Shown one piece after another: positions 1 through 13,269 of a stretch of 64,000 nt of DNA. The translations under genes and the position numbers were made by a program. The stretch covers positions 1-64,000 of the forward strand of contig JBFLGF010000007.1 in NCBI GenBank assembly GCA_050230475.1, written 5' to 3'. Below the pieces are notes generated by a model. That model was not told the origin of the DNA. It worked only from the letters and a program-made list of their open reading frames with translations, and searched no databases. Positions within the stretch are counted from its first letter, which is position 1. Each line of letters starts with the position of its first letter. Origin of the DNA: Ancylonema sp. (lineage: Eukaryota).

Positions 1-2074
1 CAGGGAAGTTCAGCGTGCAGCCGTGCGGGAACCAGTTCGAAATCCTGTACGGGAAAATATTTCTGGTAGGTGGGCGGTGGGCATTAGGGGCCTTGACGGC
101 CTGAGACCGAACCTCTCACCCCTCCCCTCTCCCACCCCCCCCCCCCTTCCTATTTTTTTTATCAGGCCGTGTCTGAGCACTGTGCGTTCCGCGGCAAGAG
201 CGACGTCCAGGTGTCCGGCGTGAAGCTGCACATCTCAGAAGACTACGGCGCCACCTTCCACCCAACCTGCTTCCCCCTCCCACTCACAGGTGGGGTGCAA
301 GGGGGAAAAAAAGGGGTGATAAAACATTCAAGCTCACGAAATTCGTGCCCTCTTCCCCCCCCCCCCTTCCCAGAACGCGCCTACTCTGTGGTTGACTCCA
401 ACGGTGACGTGGCTTTCATCAACGTTGACTACAACCAGGGCCCCACACAGACCCCCTTTGGGACCGTGTTCGTGTCCGACGCCACCCTCACCCTCTTCAC
501 CACGGCACTGCAACGAAACTCAAGGTCGCCCACAGGAGCCGTGGACTTTGCAGCAGTGCAGGGCCTCCCTGGGGTGTACATCGCCAACCAGATTTCCGCC
601 GATGCGGGAGGGCAGCACTCAGGGGTGAGTGGGTCAGGCGGTTGGGTGGTTGGGCTGCAGCAGAAGGGGGTGATGAAGCCTGTGAGGGTTGCCGGGAGGG
701 GGGGGGGGGGGGGTGGTGTTCAGCACTCGGCCACAGTGGGTAGTGTGGAGGACGACATGGGTGGGTTCAGCCGTTCTCTCACCAAGCGCACTGTGAATGG
801 TGGAGGCGAGTGGCAAGTCATTGCTGCGCCGTCTGTGGATTCCCTTGGAGCCCCTGTCCGCTGCGCTCTCACGGACGGCTGCTCCCTCCACCTTCACGGC
901 ACCACCAGCTGGGGGGGGGGGAGGGGGTTGGCGTTTGTGTACTCCCACATCCAGACCCCTGGGCTCATGCTCGCCACAGGGAATGTGGGCGCGTACCTGT
1001 ACCAGGGCAGCGAGGTGAACACGTATTTGTCCAGGGACGGGGGGGAGACGTGGGAGGAGATGCGCAAGGGTGCGTATATTTACGAGTTTGGTGACTCGGG
1101 GGGTGTGATCGTGATGGCCAAGCACAGCATCCAGGGGACCTCGTCCGAGATTCTGTTCAGTCTGGATGAGGGCAGTACTTGGGACCGTGTTCCGCTGCCG
1201 GGGGGTGTGGCCATGGACGTGGAGAATATTCGGGTGGAGCCCGACAACCAGGGGAAGAAGTTCATAGTGCAGGTGGGGGGGGGCGTGGGGGTGGGGGTGG
1301 GGGGCATCACCTCACACTCTCTTTCCCTTTTTCTTCTCCTTCTTTGTCTTCTTCTTTCAGGGCATGACGTCAGGGGAGGCCACTCCCAAGGGTGTCCTAT
1401 TCGCCCTCAATTTCGGTGAGGGTTTTGCAGAGTACAAGCTGTGCGGCCCCAACGACTACGAGGTATGGTCGCCCAGCCTCACCCACTGCCTGCTCGGGAA
1501 AAATATTTCCTACCAGAGACAGTACCGACAGGCACGGTGCTGGAACGGGGACAAGTACACAGTCCCAGGGCGTGCACAGCCCTGCTCCTGCGCCCTGGCA
1601 GACTACCAGTGCGATTACGGCACGCTGCCAGAGTGCCCCCCCGGGGATGCGGCCTGCCTGCTGGGGAACCCCACCCCAGGCAGCAGCATCTGCCAGCCCT
1701 CTACCTCCAGGGGGGAGTGCCTGCTGCTGCAGGGGTACGAGTCCAGTGGGAACAGGAAGAGGGTGGTGGCGGGGGACCAGTGTGTGGACATGAACGATTT
1801 GGGGGGGCATTTCTCGGCGGAGAAGAGGGGGGGGTGGGGGTGGGGGGGGGTCCTGCTGGCGCTGCTGGTGACCATGACGGTGGGAGGGGGGGTGTTTGGG
1901 GTGTTGGCGTATCGGGGGATGATCCCCGACTCTGTTCTGCAGCGCCTGCCGTATCTGGAGAGGCTGCGGTACAGGAACCTTCGAAGCAACTTCCAGTCGC
2001 TGGCAGAGGACTTTGGGCTGAGCGGAGGGGATGCGGAGTTTGCAGGGGCGGAAGAGATGAGGAGGCCGATGTGA
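1..2074 (+). CDS. VPS10: VPS10-domain/sortilin-like vacuolar sorting receptor, 3' part (5' end outside the window). Exons about 1-65, 166-289, 374-624, 724-1272, 1361-2074
   Basis: BNR/Asp-box repeats (SEDYGATF, TVNGGGEW, SRDGGETW, SLDEGSTW), CSLHLHG and GLMLATGNVG motifs, YIYEFGDSGGVIV, Cys-rich 10CC region (CLLG..C.CALADYQCDYG..GDQC), a TM helix and a short cytosolic tail. GT-AG introns 66-165, 290-373, 625-723 and 1273-1360 join the exons in one frame. Confidence 0.9.
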
Positions 2075-2812
2075 GGGTTGGGAAGGGGAACCGTAGGGTA
2101 TCTGTTTATAGCTTCTGGTGGTTGGCGGCCCGCAAGTGTGTGAAGATTGGGTGGTGTTGCCGAGAGTGGAGTCTTTTGGGGTCTAGGCTGGTTGGAGGGG
2201 TCCGGTGGAGGGGGGAGGTCGCAAGGCACCGAATCTACGTGGCGTGGTGAATGAAGACTGTTTTGAAACTTGCGGGATGGTTGAAGTGAACCTATTTATT
2301 CCGATGTCAAGACTTGTATGCTACGCATTCTCGATGCTTTTGTGTATGTTTGAGCAAAGGTAGTTAGGTGGGAGGGAGTATGGGAGCTCCAAAATGTATA
2401 GGGACATGCAGGCTTCATTTGTGGAATTGATGTATACCGAGTCAACCGGGTGCGTATTTGCCGGTTCAACACAGCAGATTGGAAGGCATGAGGTGTTGTG
2501 CATTCAGCTTGCATTGGCTGCAATGAAGTTAGAATAGGTTAACTTCGTGTTCCCCACTCCAAACGCACGTGGTTTGAATTGGATTGTTAGGCGTACAAGC
2601 CGTGTTGTGTTGTGGCCATCCCATTTTCATCCAAATGTGTCTTCCTAAATGCAATGATTCTGATAGATTCCAGATTCCGACGAGTAATTATGTTTGATGT
2701 TTTTCCACATGTATTCTGGGTTGTTGGTAAAAAGTAAGAAGAGTGGGAGGCAGAATTCCAACCTTTCAACCTCCAACCAGGATCAAAGCTTTCACTTTGA
2801 AAGACTGCCCAA

Positions 2813-3112
2813 ATTAGTTGAGCCCAATCCGATCCGGGAATTTCCGATCCGGCGCTCATCCGGATCGGACCAGACCCTACTCCGATCCGGATCGGAGGCG
2901 CCGGACATGAGGTGAGAGTCGATGAGAAAAATAGTTTCGAATGCTTCCATTGTGGCATATGATCCCCAAACCGTTTTTCGATGTGCTTTTTTTTTCTTCT
3001 TCTTTGTTGGCCCTGATCCGACATACATATTTCTTGCCGGAGTCGAACCGGATCGCGGTCCGATCCGGCTCCAATCCCGAGTGGGGATAGGGATTGACCA
3101 GGCCCAACTATA
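2813..3112. mobile_element. Degenerate hAT-like MITE with (A)TCCGGATCG subterminal repeats
   Basis: Imperfect TIR TAGTTGAGCC...GGCCCAACTA; flanking 8-mers match only 5/8. Related CCGGATC-rich pieces occur near 25070-25160 and 40420-40499. Confidence 0.5.
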
Positions 3113-3301
3113 GTGGCCAGCCTTGTTCTCAATCTGGCGCTCCAAGCATCACAATTGAATGTGATCTTTGTCAAAAAATGGAAACGAATTGAAAGGTTTG
3201 TGCAAGTCGTAATAAAATTGACATATATTTGCGACGTGGTCACTTTCGTAAACATGTTGCGAGTTGCAACACCCGGCACTCGTTGGAAACAGGGTTCAAA
3301 A

Positions 3302-4786
3302 CATAGTTGCGTCCGGGATACGATGCATTCAAGCTGAAGTTATACAAATCTTTCCTATATCTAGCCGATAGGAATGCCTCTAGAGCATTCCTATCAACTC
3401 TGTACTTGCACCCTGTTGTGCCCTACCATATCAACCAAACCATTTGATAATAGGCTCATTAGCCTCCATCCTATCGGCTCATTTCACCATTGCTTTGTGT
3501 GTGCACTTGCAACATAGATTGCTAGGAGTTCCATTCTCTTCCACTCCTAACACTTTGATAGGAACACAATTGGGGTTTTTCTTTCAACTTTCTTTAGGCA
3601 AAAACCTCATTTTTTGGCCGCCGTTTTTTTTGGGGGTTTCAGAGTCTTTCCTCCATGGAGATGCAACAAATTATGGAGACTTTGAAGGCCATGAGGTTTG
3701 CAAATGAGTGAAAATATGGAACGGCACGCCAAAACATATGAAAAAATCACGACTTTATTTGCTCAATCCAATGAGTTTAATGAGAAACAAAAGGTGGTGG
3801 AGGCACACTTCTGCACCCCATCTCCTATCTCAGCCCAACCCCCTTCTATCCCATAACCTGTCCCGGTTTATCAACCAGCCTACCATCGAGCCCCTTCAAA
3901 AATGGTCCTTCCTGATCGACACAAGTATTCAGGCGATTCTGCAAGTCTGACTACCTTCCTACGGCTAGTGCGCAGCCAGATCCGGGTGGCTCCTATCAGA
4001 TTCTCCGATCCTGACCATACGGTCCTCTACTTTTCCTCCTTCCTAACTGGTGCTGCTGGCGAGTGGTTCACTCAACAGCATGATCCAGAAGGCAACCTTC
4101 CCGCTGGCTATGATGTGGACAACCTCCTGGCAGGTTTGAGTGAGGCCTTTGGCGACGTCCCCTCCAACCTGACCAAGGACCGTCAGCTGCGTGAACTCAA
4201 GCAGACAGGGGCAGTTCAGGACTTAACCGCCAAGTTTAGAACCTTAGTCAGGCAGTTTCAGGGGTGGGAAGATCATTCTATGATCTTCACTTACTTTGAA
4301 AGGCTGAAGCCCGAGCTGCGGCAAGAGATCCTGAAGGTTCAGACACCCCCTGAAACCTTCTCCGAGTATGTTACCTTTGTGAAGAACATAGAAAACGCCC
4401 TAGCTGCTGCTCGCCTGGACAAACCCTTCCGCTCAACCTACGTCCTCCCCCAGGCCAGAGCTGCTGATCAAATCCCCACTCAACAGATCCCCCCTCACCT
4501 TCAAGTGGTCGCCATGGACATCGATGGGACCCGCCGCCAGGTCCTCAAGTTGCAGCCCACAGATTCGGCCAGACGCAAGGAGGGCAATCTGTGCCACTAT
4601 TGTGGTCTGCCCGGCCACGTGCTTGCACACTGTCCCAACAAAAGCAAGTCCAGATCCGTGCGCTTCTTGGATCTGCAGCCTGAGGAGCCAAAAAACGACC
4701 CCCTCACTCAGTCCTAGGAGTGCTCCCCCCATTCCAGATCCCCGGACGGGTCCGGAGATCCCCGGACGGTCCGGGACGCAACTATG
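3302..4786. mobile_element. Non-autonomous hAT-like element carrying a Ty3/gypsy gag fragment (Pack-hAT-like)
   Basis: TIR CATAGTTGCGTCC at 3302 and GGACGCAACTATG ending 4786; 8-bp flanks GTTCAAAA and GTTCAGAA (7/8); GATCCCCGGACGG subterminal repeats at the right end. Confidence 0.8.
3655..4717 (+). pseudogene. gag: Ty3/gypsy (chromovirus/sushi-like) Gag: N-terminal helical region, capsid, CCHC zinc knuckle. Open from 3902 to 4717; upstream part has a frameshift near 3697 and a TAA near 3854
   Basis: PDRHKYSGD, FLTGAAGEWF, LRELKQTGAVQDLTAKF, MDID, CHYCGLPGHVLAHC. An AAAAAAC slippery-type heptamer lies just before the stop, and no pol follows. Confidence 0.9.
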
Positions 4787-4878
4787 GTTCAGAACTTGCA
4801 ACTTACAACCTATTAAACTTGTTTCAACTTGTTTTCACCATAATAACCCGAATCGGCAAAATTGAACTTTGGGACCCT

Positions 4879-5786
4879 CATAGTTGCACGAACACCAAAC
4901 CGTTTCCGGTTCCGAAAAAAGTGGCCGCGGTTCGGAGCCGCGGGATATAGGGTTTTTTTTTCACTTAAACGGCATTTTGAGGGGCTATATGTCTCGGGAA
5001 AAATCGACGAGTAGTATTTTGTTGTGTACCACTTCATGGTCTATCCAAAAAAAAAATCAAACAAATTATATACATTGTAAAAATACTCAAAACGGTTTTT
5101 CTCATGAGTGAATCCACCTGCTTTTGGTGCATTTCTCTGTTTTGCTCAATATTGTGCACACTTTCTTGCTATTGATGTAAAAGTAGTTAGATAACAAGTT
5201 CCACTCTTTTTTCAACCATCCATAAAATTCATTCCATATATATTTATTCATTCTCATTCCGTGTTTTGATTCCATGTGAATATATTGCGACATAATGTTG
5301 TCACCCGTATTGTATTGCCACTCGACATTTGATTTAACTTTCCATGTCTTTTTTCTTTTCAATCGTCTACTCAAAGCTGCGGCAATCCATTTATATCCAC
5401 TCTCTTCCTACTCAATCCTCCTACCTTTCACATCCCTTCACTCTCCAAAGTTTTTCATAGTGGAAGGTCGCGTGTTGTTTTCTGCCAAAGAAAATTCACC
5501 ACGTCCTGCCATGGCGCGAAATAAAGCAAATTGAAACTAACAACGGCCGCGCCATATTTTTCCGATTATTTTTTTCACAATTTTAGGGTCTGAAAATGAT
5601 GTGGAGTCACCAACATGAATATTTACAACGATTTATTTCTCCCGCGTACGTTTTTTGGGAGGGAAAAAATGTTATACCGCGGTGAGTAAAACCCTAAAAA
5701 TATCCCGGTTCGTCCGGTTCCGAAACGGTTCCACCATCTCGGAACCGGTTCCCAAAAAAAAAAAAAAAACGGTTCGTGCAACTATG
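4879..5786. mobile_element. hAT-like MITE, family A (about 0.9 kb)
   Basis: 15-bp TIR CATAGTTGCACGAAC; perfect 8-bp TSD GGGACCCT at 4871-4878 and 5787-5794; CGGTTCCG subterminal repeats. Confidence 0.9.
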
Positions 5787-7283
5787 GGGACCCTAGTCCG
5801 AGATGCAGACCGGGACGGACCGTGCGATTCTTAGAGTTTTTTAATGTTTATTTTTGGGGCGTGGGGATCCTGTTGTCTTTGGGCTAGGAATTAGAAATTA
5901 CCGTTATATCGGTTTTTGGTAGTGTTCATTTAGCGGATTGTCTTTATTGGTCATTCTTGGGTTTCGGTAATGTGCCGCTTGTTGGGATAATAATTGTAAA
6001 TGCATCAAATTGATAAACTTGCATATTAATTACTAGGGGTTCATAACTATGGAAAATAACAATAAATAGATATCGACAAGAAGGGTGCATCATCATGACA
6101 TTGTACAATAGTGAGAATGTCCAAGTCATCATTTAGATATATCGACAAAGTTAGATAAGGGATGGGCATGGCGCATAGATTAGGAAGGTGACTAAGAGGA
6201 ATTACAAGGTGACAAGGATAGCGGCGCCGCAACACTATCCGGCATGCTATAATATTCTAAAAATTTGTTGTACTCACAAGGTATATAGCCTACTCGGCTA
6301 CGATCTCTAAAATTAATTACTTTGAACATCTTGACATCCTTGCAAACACCTGCAGTCGTGTTGAATGCTTTACGTAATTCCCCTATGTATCCTGCGCATC
6401 GATATCCCGGATCATATCGTGGAAGTTCCTGCCCACAGAGAAGCAGAAGTGCTATTAAGAGATTCCTGCCCACAGAGAGGCAAAAGTGCGAGGAGTGATT
6501 CCTGTCCACAGAGAGACAGAAGCGCGAGTCAGAAAGTAATAGATAATTTTGTCCACAGAAAGATAGTGGTCAGAAGATCGAGGATCCGTCGATATCATCG
6601 ATAAAGATTTGACAAAATGAATGACACCGAACACCGCTTGATTACATTGCACTAGACTTCTAGTCGATGTGACAAGTTTTTTTCGGCGGCATAATCTAGT
6701 CACGTGACCATAGATGTTGACGTTTTGTCGATACGATTGAGGTTTAGCTTATAAAGCCTCCTACGGCGCCGACAATGGTTTACGGTGGCTGGCTTGAGTG
6801 TGACTAGAGCACGATTTGCTCTCCATTACGTGTATCAAAGTTTTTGTATCTCAAGTGCTCCTTTTTATGAAGTGATTTTGTATTGTCGTGAGCTACTTGA
6901 TGAGTGTCAAGTAGCTCAGAGTAGAGTGCTCATGAGTGTCTGAGTATTATAAAGTTATTGCATAGATGGTAAAATTAAGCAGTAACATAATACCCCCCCC
7001 CCACCCCCCCCCCCCTTTTCTTCTTCTCCCTTTTTTTCCCCCCCTTATTTTTTCGATCCTTGTAAACCTACAAGTTATGACTTACCTTCCGGCGTCTCTA
7101 ACCATACCGCACGTGGGCTCATTACCTCCAAACAATTGAGCGATTAGTATGCTAGATCTCGAGACAACCGTGTGCAAAAGGATGTCTATCAGATATGATC
7201 AATGACACAAAAGTTGCATGTGTGGTACGATTACATAAGCCCATGAGGAAAGAAGTCCATTGTCGCAACCGGGCCCCGGGTAC

Positions 7284-8366
<1,083 letters not shown>

Positions 8367-8922
8367 CCGGGTACCAAGTTTGTGCCTCTCGCTTTGGAGA
8401 CATAAGGCACCCTTTCCGAGGCTAGCGACCGGTTCTTGGTGGGGTGTGACCAACGAGCGGCGAGAATGGCGGTGGGTCGGGGCGCCAACCTAGTTTTTTA
8501 GTGACATGGTATCGTCAACGCGTTTCGATTGCCTTGGAGCGGTCTTTTCTAGCACATGCTATCCATGCTAGGACATTGCGTTTCGAGCGAAGTATGTCTT
8601 TCTCGCCCCCCCCCCCTCCCCACGCGTTGATTCCGGCCGCCGAGTTAGGTGTGGTAGCTCGGTTCCCCTAGAATGTGCGGAACTTTAGTTTTGTAATGAT
8701 TGCCCTACTAGGTGTTTTTAGATTTCTCGTTTTCGTTGTGTCGAGATGGAGATCCCATCGTGCTTTCCTTTATAATACTTTGCAAATAGTAAATAAAAAT
8801 TTTAATATAAAAAAAAACCAAAAAGTAATATAAAGTGGAGTTTGATCTGTCGATGCGTGTCGATACGTCCACATACGGTGCGTATCCAATAGAATAAAAC
8901 AACGAAAAAAAAACGGTGCGTA

Positions 8923-9583
8923 CCGTACTCGGCACCCTAAATGATTTCTGTTTTTCCAAAATTAATTATTTTCGTAATGATTTTTCACAATGATCCCGGG
9001 ATTGCGTTAGTTATTATCGATGATTTCTGGTAATGAGTCCATGAATCCGTTAGTTACTATCAATGATTTTTGGGGATGATTCCGGATTGTAGGAATACAA
9101 AGTGTAAAAGATGTCCTTGGTTAGGAATTTAAAATCAAATGATTTGTCCTTATCTGGGTCATTCTTACATATTTACCGTACATTTTGACGTCACAAGTGC
9201 ACGTGGCAAGCACTCGTACTAGTCGCGATATCTCCGGAGGCCACAATTTTGTCGTTATGGATGGTCTTAATTTGTCGTGTAGCGCGTCTATTCGGTAATA
9301 TTTCCCATATCGGGGGACTTTAGGGCCCGGTACGTAGTTTCTGACGTCGTAAATGTCGCTCGTCCAGATATGTGTCCTTTTACACGTGCCTACATTGTCG
9401 TGTCCGCCGTTTCAACACATCTAGAGTCACATCAAGGTGACCCCCAATTTCCCGTAAATGATTCCTAAAACGGGTTTTATTGATGATTTTGAGTATCCTT
9501 TTTCTTTCGTTTAGTAATTATTTTAAATGATTACTTTCGGATTTCAATAATTAATTAAAAATAATTTACGGTGCCCAGTACGG
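8923..9583. mobile_element. Tc1/mariner/pogo-like MITE
   Basis: TIR CCGTACT(C/G)GGCACC(C/G)TAAA with TA on both flanks. Confidence 0.75.
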
Positions 9584-9612
9584 TAATCGTTTTTGAGCCG
9601 TGTCGTGCGTAA

Positions 9613-9901
9613 GGTGCGGAGAGCCCAGATCCCAATGAGCCCGGAGCCCACAAGATCCAGGCTCATTGAACCCGGAGCCCAGAGGTTGGAAAATTCCTAA
9701 TCTCCGAGCCCAAGGAACCCAAAGAGGTCGGAGCCCAGATCGGAGCTCGGAGCCCTAAACTGTTGGGTTAATTCCGGCTTCACTGGACTCTTTTGGGCTC
9801 ATTTGGACTCATGTGGGCTTATTTTGATCTTTGGGCCATAGGCTCCGGGCTCATTCGCCCGGAGGTCGGAGCCCAAAACATATGCTTGGGCTCCCCGCCT
9901 C
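9613..9901. mobile_element. Short MITE with GGAGCCC subterminal repeats (Harbinger-like ends)
   Basis: taa-GGTGCGGAGAGCCCA...TGGGCTCCCCGCCTC-tta imperfect inverted ends; related GAGCCC-rich DNA at about 43440-43615. Confidence 0.55.
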
Positions 9902-9912
9902 TTAGTCGTGCA

Positions 9913-11815
9913 TAGGGATGGGGCCCGACCCGCAACTCCACCCAACCCCGCAACTCCGGTCGGGCTGCGCAACTCCCGCCCCCGAGAACGCCAAACCCAA
10001 CCAACCCAACCCGCAACACGGAGTTGCGAGTTGCGTGGAGTTGCGGCGTTGCGTCGGGGTTGCGTGTTGCTGTTTGGGGTTGCGTGTTGCATTTTGGGGT
10101 TGCGTGGGGTTGCATGGGGTTGCGTGGGGTTGCGAAAAATAACAAAAGAGGGAATTTATCGATCCCATTATAGGATCGATATCTCGATCTTTGGTTCAGT
10201 TTTTTCGTCATGGATTTCCCTCATCTTGGGAGGGACGAGGCTTCTTCAGAGTTCCACATTTAACACTCAAATGTGCTGACCATTGAACGATTTGTACAGT
10301 AAAACTTGTCTTAGTGAACGATTTGTACAGTAAAATTTGTCTCCATTAATACTTTCGGGACCGGGAAAAATGATCACTTAGTACACGTTGTTAGTTAACA
10401 CGTTAGATTATGGGTAATAATCCGAAATCGGGCTAAAAATTTCCTACTAGTTAAAACAGGTTATTTATCAGCACAATATTAATAAGGACAGGTCTCAGTG
10501 TAGTGTGGGGAGGGAGCCATGGCCGACGAGAGTAGCGGAGTGAGAGCTCCAGAGAGCTCCGATTGAGGCTCTGGTAATTCATGGAGATCTAGTTCCCCAA
10601 CGTTATTTCCTGTGGGAGAAAAGGTCTGCAGCCAGTTTTGTACACGCTTTGGTCAAGTGGGGGGTACACTTCGTACAGCGTCCGTACTGGCGGCGGCAAA
10701 ACAAACAAAAAAGCAAACAAAGCCTCGGGCTTTGTACAAAGCCCGGGGTTGGAGTGAAGAGTGTGATGAAGATGAGGATGTACCGACGGGCTCAGCGAAA
10801 GTCACTCTTGAGTACCTCTTTGGCGACTTATAGATGCCGTCCATTAGCATTGCTGACCTCCTTGCCTACAATCTCGGATAGTTGATAGTAGAACCTTGTC
10901 ATACACTTGCCACCACAGGGTGGTAGAAAATTGATGATTCTAGACTAGTCATCGTTTACGCTGCGAGTCATGACTTCGGCACTTTTATTTATGGCAATTT
11001 TGGTATGTATTACAATAAATTTGTTAAATGTGTCGGTCCGAATCCACTACGTGTAATGTTCGTTGCTAAACATCTACGTGCAGTCTCTCACACCCACCTT
11101 AAAACATTACTCACACGATGGCCCCAAGTATTGATTATTTTCTGTCGTAATACTCCAAAGCGTTGCAATGGTGTGACACTCCCATGAAATGGTAACATTG
11201 CGAATTAGTACGTTAACTCTACAATACAAGGTTATATGTAACGAACGACCGACTGCTATTTAATCCTTCAAAATAGTGAAGAAATGGGAATTGTTGTTGC
11301 GGAGCAACACGTATACGGAGTAACACGAGTTGAACGATTCAAAAGGTTTGAATTAAGATAATGGAAAGGAAATATATACAAACGTTCGTTGCATTATGGA
11401 TGAAGACACTTTCAAGTAAAGATAACCAATAATTCAATCAAAGCCGAAGATTGACTTTAAAGGCCTTAAAAATCGACATGCAAAAGAAATACAAGTTATG
11501 TTTACATTAAGATTATCGAACTACCTTCCAATGATTGTACCTTTCTCATGTGCAGTGCGTTACTAATAAAAACGCTCAACTCGCATTACATGTATCATAA
11601 ACTTGTTTCCAAACTCGCATTGCATAATTTGGGGGTGAAAACCCTTTTTCTGGTGGCTGTTTGGGGTTGCGTGTTGCTTTTCGGGGTTGCGTGTTGCATT
11701 TTGGGGTTGCGTGTTGCTCCTTGGGGTTGCGTGGGATTGGGTGGGGGTTGCGCGGAGTTGCGAAAAAAACAACAACACGCAACCCAAAGGGGTTTGGGGT
11801 TGCGCCCCATCCCTA
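9913..11815. mobile_element. Ac/Ds-like non-autonomous hAT element (1.9 kb)
   Basis: TIR TAGGGATGGGGC resembling the Ac terminus TAGGGATG; perfect 8-bp TSD GTCGTGCA at 9905-9912 and 11816-11823; GGGGTTGCG subterminal repeats at both ends; nested pogo-like piece near 10297-10500. Confidence 0.9.
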
Positions 11816-12029
11816 GTCGTGCATCCCCGATTTCATAAATTTAATCAATAGACAGGGATTGCAACTTCCCCCTGTCCTCGAAACCAACAACTGGGTCCTC
11901 GTCCGATGGATTTTTGCGCGACGCTACACTGCCACTTCATCGTACGAGCATGACGAGCATGTAGTATGCAGTCGTTAGGCTAGGCTGGGTAATGTGCTAT
12001 CACTTAATAAAAGTGGCAGTTCACCGACC

Positions 12030-13250
12030 ATGGCGGCCCAGAAAGGTATACCGACAAGGGGCCAAGTGAATAGCCCTGAAGCTTTGGATCAGCTTTTCGA
12101 GCGCGTTTTTGGGGAAGGTTCGGGGTCTTCTTACAAGCTTGCCGACGCCTTTTGCCGGTTCACTCCAGCGACGCGTCTCTATATTCCCGATAGAAACGTG
12201 GACAAATTCCTGCACGAGATGGCCCCCGACTTCTATTTGTTGAAGAACGTAGGAAGAGAACTACATGACGTGAGGGCTGCTCTCCATGGTGAGATAGGAC
12301 CAAGTGCTTTGTGCTCCCACTTATGTATCTGGCCGGATGATTGAGCTCTCTGCGTTCGGCTGTCTCTGCAGAAACGAGGAGTGAATACCTACAACCTTGG
12401 ACGCCGAAAGGTACATGTGGCCGAGCATCTGGAGTTATGAAGGCCAGGGCGTCGTTGGCATCTCAGTTGGTGTGCGACGCCATTCGAAACCTTGAGGGGA
12501 CTGACAAAATAATTGACTGTGGTAACGAGTTGCTGGTTGGCCTTGTTCTCAGATCTCCACGATTTGTTCAAACCCTTTGTCCCGTCCCACTGCTTGGAGG
12601 ATTTTCTGACGCTGTTCGATGGGCGCACCACGTATGATTTTTGGGAGCCTCTGCCCAGAGAGATTAGGGATTGGGTGGTGGAGGCGAGGCAGAAGCTGAA
12701 GCTGATGCAGGCGCGACGGGAGGTGCAGCTGCAGTTGCAGCCCGAGGACTTCAAGTGGATGTTGTTGGCAGCTCTGACTGCCCCGCGAGGTAAGATCCTT
12801 TATATCAAAGCTCCCGCTAGTTGAGAGGGTGTGTGACTGCGTAGTCGATCGGTCTGACTGGCTGCATTTTGGAGTTGGACAGGTCGAGCTTACACTGGCA
12901 GGCAATTCTGAAGAATACTGACTCCAACTTCTGGGTCTGGGGTTTGCAGGCATGCGTGACGAAACTGGTGACCATCTTTGCCATACAGTGGCCTATACTT
13001 TTATGTCAATGCAGATTTAAAACAAATGAAACCTTGGGGCACGTTTGGATTCACCTTGTCTCGTCTGCACCCACAACTGCCACTGCTGATCTTACGGAGA
13101 TGGTGTGCAGATGCCGGAAAAAAACTCTTAGAAGCGAGGGAGCAGCAGCGAAGCCAGCGTATTAAAAAGACCTTGGCCTTCCTTAGAGAAAGGGTCAGTT
13201 CCGTTAATTTTGGGGATGGTTGTGTAGATTTAAATTCTTGTTTCATGTGA
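12030..13250 (+). CDS. Spliced hypothetical protein. Exons 12030-12288, 12372-12410, 12553-12789, 12883-12901, 12989 to at least 13193
   Basis: Splice sites join five exons into one continuous frame (MAAQKGIP...LHETRSEYLQPWTPKDLHDLF...APRGRAYTGSGLYFYV...). One donor is GC. No domain recognised and the 3' end is uncertain. Confidence 0.6.
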
Positions 13251-13269
13251 CATCTGAAAGAGGCAAGAA

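Noticed and set aside
1441..2250. Long alternative-frame and antisense ORFs over VPS10, APC5 and UPL3 exons
   Set aside because: Shadow ORFs expected in GC-rich coding DNA.
2587..3279. 230-aa minus-strand ORF
   Set aside because: It runs through a MITE and has no recognisable motif.
6100..7135. LTR-like region with four GTTCCTGCCCACAGAG-like repeats (about 6425-6560)
   Set aside because: Termini and TSD could not be defined and there is no second copy in the window.
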